64,000 nt of DNA from Haliotis rufescens (lineage: Eukaryota), in contig NW_025963879.1 of assembly GCF_023055435.1 (NCBI RefSeq), forward strand, positions 10,726,001-10,790,000. Direction: 5' to 3'. A program made the position numbers and the translations under genes. Under the pieces are notes generated by a model. That model saw only the letters and a program-made list of their open reading frames with translations, did not search any database and was not told the DNA's origin. This document shows, piece by piece, positions 55,075 to 64,000 of this stretch (position 1 is the stretch's first letter; every line of letters starts with the position of its first letter).

Positions 55075-55290
55075 TTAGTTTGTTTGTTGTTTAACGCTGC
55101 ACACAGCAATATTCCAGCTATATGACGGCTGTCTGTAAATAATCGAGTCTGTACCAGATAATCCAGAAATTGATATCATGAACATCGATCCACACAACTG
55201 GGACATGATGACATGCATCAACAAAGCCTGACCAACCATTGCTTGTCGTAGGGCAACAACATTGGCACGGGTTGTCAAGCTCTGTGACTG
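55075..55290 (-). mobile_element. Family A SINE copy; a more degraded plus-strand copy follows at about 55310-55410
   Basis: Reverse complement of the 3' half of 1866-2129 (gcaatattccagctatatg...gtaaataatcgagtctg). Confidence 0.75.
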
Positions 55291-57221
55291 GCCTGTGTGT
55301 CATGACAGGTCTTTGATCATGCCTAGTCACTGGCTTGCCTGGTCCACACTACAGTAATTACAGGCAGCAGTGGTACAGCTGGAATATTGCAGGCTGGAGA
55401 ATACACAACAAAAGAGAGAAGACATGTGAGTGAAGAAAATCCCCATTAGTCTTAGGTCTTCACCACAGTCATATCTGTTAAGCACCAAACAGTGATCTCT
55501 GCCCGTAACACACTAATCACTCAATCACTCACTGTCTTAGTCTGTACAGTTCTCCTTGTACATGACATACATGCAGCTCCCTCAGCCACACCAGTGAACA
55601 GCACTGGTCTCCCCATATAACAACTGTGTATATAACCAGCCCTACATGCCAGCCATTAGAATGACACTTAGTCCCAGAAATAAAGTTATCTTATTTAAAA
55701 TATATGTCTACATCTACAAAATATAAAAAGTAAAATCTAAATGGAGCCCGGAACAATCCTTAATTTTAGAGCTGAGGCAATTTAGATTTGCTAAATCATT
55801 ATAGACTTGTGCTGGACAAAGCCAGCCACTGCCAGCAGCATTGTCTACTGCAAGTGGTTCACACTTTCTGCTCTGTCTTGTCCTCCAGAAATATGTGCAT
55901 TTCTATCTGCTTTTGTGGAGAGTCTCTTGCACATGTCTCTAAGGCAATAATTTTTAGTTTAAATCATTGCTTCTAGATTATGTAAATAATAAGAACAAGT
56001 TGTCCCTATAAGAGACTGGAGCAGACTTGCCTTTTAACATGTTTAAGAGGATAGAATTACTACACATCTATGGACTTTTATTTCAGTACAGCCTTTGAGC
56101 AAGGCTAACAGAGATGGTGTTCTGTTCACATGACAGGCTGTGACTGATCCCCCCCCACCTACCCACCCCGAGATGCTAGGGGGTGGGGGGAAAAGAGGAG
56201 TCAGGTGATGACACCAGTCTGACACCACATTGTTTGTGTGCTCCCCACTGTGTTTTTACATCAGCGATGAGGAATACATTCAGACACATGCCTCACAAAT
56301 AAATAAAACATGTTGAGCTTTACTTCCCAGTAGGTTGTTTCCCTATCTCTGCCAATGAATATATGCTCTGGTCTGATATGAAACATTGCTGATGATAATT
56401 AACATGTTTAGTACTTTCAAAATTCAAACAAAATATCAGCTATAAGTTCATGCTCACTTTGACCAAATTCTTAAAAAGACTAAACATGTAAAACTAAATG
56501 GTAGCACAACTAACAAAATCATAATTTCTACAGAATATCAATCCTATGTCCAACAACTGGTTGGTAACCTTTTCAACTCATTGATTCCACACCAGGAGCC
56601 AATTGTAGATAACACAACCCAGTGACAAAGCCAATAAATAAACGTGTAAACTGTAAATACCAAGAGCTAAATAATAACACCAACAGCTAGATTACAACAC
56701 CAACAGCTAAAAATTCCAACGAAAAAAAACATCAGCTAAATAATTAAACCATCAGTTAAAAGATACTAGGATTGAATAGTAGCCCCGACATGTTAGAGAA
56801 AAATAGGTGTACACTCCAACATGTACCCCACCTAGCACTGACAACCCCCCACTTCCACCTGACAACAGATTACGTACAACCATTGAACACAGAGAACTTT
56901 GATCACATTTATGTGTTTATCTCAGTGAATGACACAAAGCAGTAATGTTCTCTTTGTCTCAACAAACTCAAAGGGTGTGATATGCTAACAACTAAAAGAA
57001 GAACACCCTTCAAAAATAAATACATATGTTAATCCTGCTGGGTCAAGTCACTACTTCAGCAGCTTGCAGAGTTTTACCGACTTTGTCTCCTTAACTTCTG
57101 AACATGCACTGTCACTTCTAATGTAACCTTATCATTGAGATTCCTGTGTGACTCACCAGATTTGAATTGTATGCATGGCCTAGTTGTGCCAATTATTATC
57201 CTTCAAATTAGGACAAAATAA

Positions 57222-58036
57222 AGAACAGTGCTTCCACATTAGAACAGTTCGAGAACAGTGCTTCCATATTAGAACTGTTCCTGAACAGTGCTTCCACATT
57301 AGGTGAGGTGAGATGAGGTGAGATGAAATGGGGTTTAACGTCGCGTCCAAGATTATTGCACTTATATAGCGACATGCATGTACGTGTGTGTGTTTGTGTG
57401 GCTGCTTGTACTAGTCCGGACTGATGCCGATTTATACTGCTAGCTCACTGAGATACCATGCCGCAGTTTAACATGAATACCCCACTCAGACACAGTATAC
57501 TGACTCTGAGCCGACCAGTCCTTGTTTTAGCCCCTTAATGCCGAGCGCCAGACAGCGTAACAACAAGTACCATCTTTTAACGTCTTTTGGTATGACGCGG
57601 CCGGACCTTCCTCTCTACGGGCGGACGCTCTACCACTAGACCACGGAGGCGGTCGCTTCCACATTAGAACTGGTTCAGAACAGTGTTTCCACTTTAGGAC
57701 AGTTCCAGAACAGTGCTTCCACTTTAGGACAGTTCCAGAACAGTGCTTCCACATTAGAACAGTTCCAGAACAGTGCTTCCACATTAGAACAGTTCCAGAA
57801 GAGTGCTTCTACATTAGAACAGTTCCAGAACAATGCTTCCGAATTAGAACAGTTCCAGAACAGTGCTTCCACATTAGAACAGTTCCAGAACAATCCTTCC
57901 ACATCAAAACAGTTCCAGAACAGTGCTTCCACATTAGAACAGTTCCAGAACAGTGCTTCTACATAAGGACAGTTCCAGAACAGTGCTTCTACATTAGAAC
58001 AGTTCCAGAACAGTGCTTCAACATTAGAACAGTTCC
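57222..58036. repeat. Minisatellite, 30-bp unit, about 15 copies, interrupted by a SINE
   Basis: Unit agaacagtgcttccacattagaacagttcc on both sides of 57303-57654. Confidence 0.97.
57303..57654 (-). mobile_element. Young tRNA-derived SINE, family B (Meta/MESC-like domain), 13-bp TSD, B box deleted
   Basis: Head GACCGCCTCCGTGGTCTAGTGGTAGAGCG (A box); central gtcataccaaaagacgttaaaagatggtacttg...cggcattaagg; (ctcac/ctcat)n tail; gcttccacattag at 57290-57302 and 57655-57667. Confidence 0.9.
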
Positions 58037-58674
58037 TACAATACAAATTGTACCATATATCTTTTCAACAGAACATTCTGCACTTGACAAATTATGATAA
58101 TTTCTGATCACCCTGATGTAGGTATTCAATATAAAACTGGCCATTTCTCTTATCAATAGCACAAGTACCACCAACAGAAACTAAGTTCCTATACACAAAG
58201 AATTGCATCAGGCAAGTGGTACCAATACCATTACCCCTTGGAGAGTTCATCAACTTGAGTGTATCTTCCTGCCCCCCTCCCCTCTCTCTGTACCCCCCAA
58301 GAAACATCAGCTCCAGATTGGGCAGAGTCGGGAGGCTTCTTTATGACCTGTTCAGAGATAATGACTTCAGATAGTCATCTCCACAATCAACCCCTGTAGA
58401 CTTTCACTGGGGCAGCATGTCCTTCACTGAACACTTTCACCTTCAGTAAGTCTCTAACTGTACAGTATACACCAGTTCACACACAGTAACTGATGCACAT
58501 ATCTTGTACTTATTGTTAACAGCATACTAGATTCTTTTACATGTACTCTCATGGATTACTATTGTGATCAAGCAAATTTAATAGTATCGTCTTGCACGAG
58601 GTGTTGATGTGTTTCCAATTCATGGGCGTTGGCCGAATCTGTCTTGGTGATATTTTTCACAAACACATGTCAAT

Positions 58675-59030
58675 TAGGGCTGGGACAAGTCCAAATTTAC
58701 TACACGGGTACCCAACTCCCTATTACCCGACCCTACCCGGGTATAATAGATACATGGTCTCTTACGAAATGATCAAATCATGTGTACACTCAAGTTGACT
58801 GAAGCTGTATTCTCTTTACTTAAATATATACAAGTCAAAAGGAATGTGTGCATCATCAGAAAGAAATGCGAACATTAGCTACTTGTAGTGTAACCACTGA
58901 GCTACAGTGAGTTTTTGTCATTAAACAATATGTCACATGACTGACCACAGGTCCAGGTAGTACTGTGGGTACCCGGGTCCTACTCAGGACCTACCCGACC
59001 CGAGTACCCGAGCTACCGGTTCCAGCCCTA
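58675..59030. mobile_element. hAT-type MITE, 356 bp
   Basis: TIRs tagggctgggac / gttccagcccta (11 of 12 match); perfect 8-bp TSD ATGTCAAT (58667-74, 59031-38); multiple subterminal tacccg motifs. Confidence 0.93.
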
Positions 59031-59503
59031 ATGTCAATATAATACAACCTTAGATTTCTGATGATGAATCTTCCTCAGCAACTAGTTATGTGCTTTCTGA
59101 TGTGAGATTTTGAAATCTGTCTTTTCAGAACCACATGGATATTTCTATGGTATTAGGGAAGTAATATAGCAGTTTGATTAGTATAAGCCAAATGACAACA
59201 GATTATGTTCATTCATGCGGATATGGGCAAGGCAATTGCCACAGATCAGATTCTCCAAGTAGGACCATGGCAGAACTGCTCCCTAATTCCCCGTGGCCGC
59301 AGAGAATGCAACACCACAGAAAGAGTGTAAGTGCCCACACTGTGGTCCCATGTTTGTCTGCAGCAGTTCACCTGGGTCTATTTCTGAATCAAGGGGACTC
59401 CCAGTATCACATTCTTGGGGTCCAAGGCTGGTGACCTGTGGCAGATGTAACTTGATTTCCAACATTAATATATTCTAATGTCATATCACTGCACATGTTC
59501 AGA

Positions 59504-60017
59504 CATCTTCCTGAGGCAAGGGTGTTAACTGACTACAAAAGTCCAGTTTCAACCCTTATCAAGGGCTCGGTTGTAATGTCAAAGTTATGTCCCTTCAATA
59601 TCCCTCCTATTGACCAATCAGATTCCACCTCTCATATCACCTGCATTTGTTTCAAACAATATGGCAGGTCCTAGTCAAGATGATCTGATCGATAATCAAG
59701 ATCTATATTGTAACAAAACAGGTCTCACGTCTTGAAGAGCATCAAATCATTTGAGCACCTTGATTAAAAACATGATTTGGAAAATATCTGTCAACGCCAA
59801 TTTGACAGTACACATGCATTGCAAATCCTGCAGTCTATAGAAATATTCAAGTTGAAATCATGTCGTTTACGAACTGAATGTCTAGTTTGTTAAGCGACTT
59901 TGATTGGACTCTGCACAAACTCCAGCCAAAATGTAACTCCAGAATTCCGGAATTCCAGCATAGTTTATTCCACTTGACTTTAACAGTCAGTTGGGTTCCC
60001 TTTGCCCCGGGACGATG
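59504..60017. mobile_element. Second copy of the long-TIR element, opposite in orientation to 23379-23804
   Basis: Same TIR. Internal ccctcctattgaccaatcagattccacctctcat is close to the reverse complement of atgagaggtggaatctgattggtgaataggaggg (about 23659-23692). Confidence 0.8.
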
Positions 60018-62484
60018 ATCCTCAGAAGTCTCAAGCCCTTTGCAGAAGGGGATTTCAATGTCAGATTCCAGATACTTTGAGTGCAGTTTGTACCAGGGTA
60101 GAAATATCAGTTATAGGCACCATGCAATCTCCAATTTTAAATAGTTTTAATCATTCAAATAGCCACTTTATAGTCCCATAGGACTCATAATGTAAGTTAT
60201 TTGTATTCATTCCCAATTTGTATGTTACTATGAGGCAACATTTTTTATGTAGTAAATGCCTGGTCTGATCACTTAAATATAGGCGTAGTATTGGAGACTG
60301 TGGCTGAAAACAACATTCACTCACTCAATTCACTCTCGTGTTAGGCCTTTATATTTAGGGTATTTTACTGGGCAACAGACTTGAGTCAGTCTCTGTATAA
60401 CATTTCCCATCCTAAACTAGCTGAACCTCTGAAATTCATGTCTGATAGCCACTGTTGAACTAGACACTAAGCCTATGAAAACATTTCTTTAAAATATATG
60501 TAATTATTTTTTTTGAAAGAACCTTTCCTCCTCTGTTCAAAACTAGACTTGGTTTCTTCTGATCTAGACTTGACTTTAAGTAAAATAATATAATCAAAAA
60601 TTAAAATTCCACAGTCTTGCTGCAGGACTACTGTTTACCATTTTGATGCCATATAAGCATATTGCAGGTGATATTTGGCCAGTAAGTTCTTTATTTCTTT
60701 ATAAATCTAAAAAGGATAGTATGCTCTGAATACTATCACTTAACAGGCCAATATAATCAAAAAGAAATGTAAAATAACAGATCATACTGTTAATTCATCC
60801 AAACCTTATTGTCAATTTGCAAAAATTCAATACTTGAAATATCTGCAATATGACTGTCATATCTCACAATTGTTTAGTTCTTTTAACAACTGGTAATAAC
60901 AAATGATATTGCTTAAAATAATTTGTTCAGCATTTAAAAAAAATATATATCAATTCCTAATCATACAATCTGGACTTCTCTGAGAGGTAATGTTGAATGG
61001 ATTAATTACTGAAAATGCTCTGCAAAAAAACTTAGTTTTTTAATTAATAGATTCTTAGCATCTGAGAACATAAAGAATGACAGTCTTGTGCACATTTCTA
61101 ACATGTCCAGACAATAGCAAATGAGGACAGAATATAATTGAAAGGCAAACCATTTCTTTTGATTAAAGCTCCAGAATTTTCGACATTTTCTGTCCAAAAG
61201 AAATTCCAACATGAGAGATTGATTGTTACTGGATAATTATTCCGATAGACCCCCCACGGTTGGTTCTAGGGAAAAATCCATTGGCCTGTTGCATCAAGGC
61301 CGCGTGTAGTCATCTCTGAATAAAAGGCGTCAATGTCCTTCGAAGAGTGAGGATGAAATAGACGTGATGACTCATGCTACGAAATACATTACACTCCGTT
61401 ACTGCCTTCGGCCTGTAATAGGGATGAGCGTTGACACACACTAGAACGGTCAATTTCATGTGATAAAGGATCATTGCTGATGTAAAAATGTAGTGAATTA
61501 TCAGGCTAAAGATAATAATTCTGGGCTGTTTTCATTCACTGTTCCTGTGGGTAAAGCTTTCAAATGTAACATAAATAAGATTTGAAACAAAATATGAACA
61601 TTTTTATACTCATGCATCTAACATGTTGCTTTTTAATACTAACAGAAAGAATGCTCATCTTTACCAATTATTTGCTACCCACTGACCGAGAAACATTTTC
61701 TTTCTTTTATCAGCCTTATTCTTCATTACTTAAACTCTATTCTATGCTGGCATTATCCAAATTCATTACAATTAATTAGCCTCTGATATGATTTTCTTCG
61801 AGAGCAGGTTTGATTTAAACAGTAACCTAATTTTTGTTGATACAAATTGATATAAACTATGAATAAGATGGATTTTGTATAATTAAACAACTTATTTCAC
61901 CAACAAAGAATTGTACTCAGAATATTAATTGTTCTTGAATTAAAAAGAAAATTAAGTACAATTCAATAAATTGAACTACCGGTAATGTTAATTGATTGCA
62001 CACAGTTTTACTAACTAGTCGCTGACAGAAGTAACACATTGGTTCTAATAAAAACAACATCTAACTGCAATCTTTTGTGGTGGATGCTATTAAAAGCAAC
62101 CAATTAAGAGAGCGATGCTGATTGCAATTAATAGGGCGATGTTAATTAGATAATTGGTTTAATGTCTGTTATAACCTTTAGTTTAATACGAAAGTGTTTT
62201 TCATATTAAATGAAATGATGCTTTGACAGAATATAGCCCAAACTTGCAAAGACCGTATCAATCACTTAGTTCCCATGGAAACCATTCAAGCTAAACTCGA
62301 TTAGACTTTACTTCATTCCGAAACACACGATATCTCACAGGAAATCGACAACACAACTTTCGCCTGTATGCCATCTGTTAGCTGATAAACTTGGCGTGCT
62401 GTATAAAATTTCACCTACGACGCTTTGAGGTAAAAATTGGAAAACCATTCAATCGGAAGGAACATTCACATTGAAATATCTCAC

Positions 62485-62572
62485 CATTTGCGGCAACATC
62501 ATAGAAGAAAATTGAAAATCCCACGAATAATATTCCACAGAGCCCTTTTGGTAAAGTTGAAAAGCGGCCCAT
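62485..62572 (-). CDS. Coding exon 1 of an LRP/LDLR-family YWTD beta-propeller protein; signal peptide MGRFSTLPKGLCGILFVGFSIFFYDVAAN(G)
   Basis: ATG at 62572 in gcaATGG context; 88 nt open frame with a hydrophobic core; GTGAG donor at 62484-62480; phase 1 matches exon 2; CpG-richer sequence upstream. Not in the ORF track; translated by hand. Confidence 0.8.
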
Positions 62573-63320
62573 TGCGGTAAGATATCCCAGGCCAAACTTG
62601 GCACCGTTTTACATTTATCCTCTTCAGTCGAAATATTCGACCCTTACTTGAAAACAAACACACATGCCAGGGGTATATTCCATTCACAGTCGCGTCAAAA
62701 CGTACTCCGACTCTGTATATTATCCATCGCAAGTTTACATGGCACTGGTCCTGCTCTCGACGGTGCTTACTTCGGCTTTACTGTCATGCGAAGGCAGATT
62801 CACAATCCGGGCATTCATTTCCTGACACGGAACAGTTCATACTGAGTCAGGGGGGTTGGGACCATGCCAACCTATTTCAACACGCGTCAAACTCTTAGAA
62901 AATCGATCTAGCGCATTCGACACAACAACAGGGGATGGTGCGTGCAATTACGCCAAATTAGACGTACTCGCGCACCTCTTTGTTATCGAAATGTGTAAAC
63001 ATTCAACATTTGCACATCAGGTTTTAAAAATCTCTGATTTGTTTTCACCCATGGAAATAGTGAACTGTCCCACCGCCGGCTCGTGGAATGGACACATGGT
63101 TGTGTTTTGGAATAGTGTAGTTGTCTACGATTGTCGACCGTCGGGCATCGAGGCAGGAATTTCACAGAGGAAATCAAATTATTATCTTGAATGCACGGGC
63201 TATATGATGGCAATGCTTTTCATTGAGAGAAAAGGGGCGGATAGCTTGAGGACAGGAGGACGTGTAACGGGTCACGCGCATTATGATTAAAAGGATGCCG
63301 CAAAATTGTATGCGCATGCA
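62573..63320 (-). promoter_or_regulatory. Probable 5' UTR and promoter region of the LRP-like gene
   Basis: Visibly CpG-richer than the gene body and immediately upstream of the signal-peptide exon. On the minus strand, TGACTCAGT at about 62849-62841 combines an AP-1-like site with a TCAGT initiator-like motif. The TSS cannot be determined. Confidence 0.5.
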
Positions 63321-63914
63321 TCGATTTTGAATGGAAATTGTTCTTTTGGGCAAATGATAAAATACAAATATCTATTATTCAGATATTCATTCATATTCAG
63401 ATATTGTTCCATCCCCTGTTATTGATTTCTTATTCCCAGACAGATATGTGAAATCCTACCCATAGTGGAGGGATGACTCATGTGCGCGTGTATGTGACAT
63501 TTTGTATCCCATTGTATGTAAAACAAAGAACACTATTGAAAAAGGATCTCATGAGCCAATGATACTGATTGTTAAAATTCTGTCTGACAATATTGCAAAA
63601 GATAGTTGACATGAATATTGAATAACTATTAATAATGAAAGAAGCAGTGTGGTAATGATGGTGGTTATGTGTGACAAACTTCATTTCCAGACCTATTAAA
63701 ATGTAACATTATGATGTTGACTATACTGCAAGTTGTTGTATTTAACAACTTAGTTTCATTCAGTGGTAGAGACAATTACTGTAATTTTTTGCCATGCATG
63801 GTAGAAATGATTTATACTCCCAAGATTTAATACTTCTTGTCATACTTTGATTGACATTGTGTCAGGCTTGTTTAATATTTATCTCTGTAACAGCTAAATA
63901 TTATTTGTTATGCT

Positions 63915-64000
63915 CTTTGTTTGTTTATTTGTTGTTTAACGCCACACTCAGCAATATTACAGCTATATGACAGTGGTCTGTAAATAACCGATTCAGGACC
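63915..64000 (-). mobile_element. 3' end of a family A SINE, truncated by the window edge
   Basis: tttgttgtttaacgccacactcagcaatattacagctatatgac...gtaaataa matches 55075-55150. Confidence 0.75.

Noticed and set aside
8837-58036. CRISPR-like arrays
   Set aside because: The repeats are head-to-tail with no unique spacers, there are no cas genes, and the context is a spliced eukaryotic gene.
5160-58046. Long periodic ORFs (His/Thr-rich at 5-7 kb, 407 aa at 25.6-26.9 kb, 215-256 aa at 41 kb, and others)
   Set aside because: They coincide exactly with tandem arrays, are open in several frames or on both strands, and lack supported splice sites; they are artefacts of unit periodicity.
12796-62572. 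Gene symbol LRP5/6, LRP4 or cueball
   Set aside because: Only half of one propeller is visible; orthology cannot be assigned from YWTD repeats alone.
62856-63290. 144-aa plus-strand ORF as a divergent gene
   Set aside because: Non-ATG start, no recognisable motif, and it lies in the CpG-rich promoter region where chance ORFs are longer.

Overview
This is AT-rich, CpG-depleted animal genomic DNA, not prokaryotic. From memory, the SINE and Helentron-type repeats resemble those of molluscs such as abalone; this was not verified. Most of the window (1-62572) lies in the 5' part of one minus-strand gene. Four small coding exons (62572-62485, 50500-50418, 24193-24061, 12967-12796) splice in frame at GT-AG sites. 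They encode a signal peptide followed directly by a YWTD beta-propeller (LDL-receptor/LRP family). The introns are 12.0, 26.2, 11.1 and at least 12.8 kb, and the gene continues off the left edge. Roughly 30% of the window is about 17 mutually unrelated minisatellite arrays, which account for most of the long ORFs in the track. SINEs, MITEs (Tc1/pogo-type, hAT-type, long-TIR) and Helentron-associated elements are also present. The most unusual object is a CpG-rich island of about 4.2-4.4 kb in intron 2 (about 39.7-44.1 kb). It holds five compact, mostly decayed, intronless ORFs in both orientations, with TATA/Inr promoter motifs and inverted terminal motifs. One ORF ends in a P2X7-C-terminal-like motif, and a Helentron-type element is nested inside. 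It looks like the remnant of an unclassified virus-like or transposon cassette; no transposase or replicase is recognisable.
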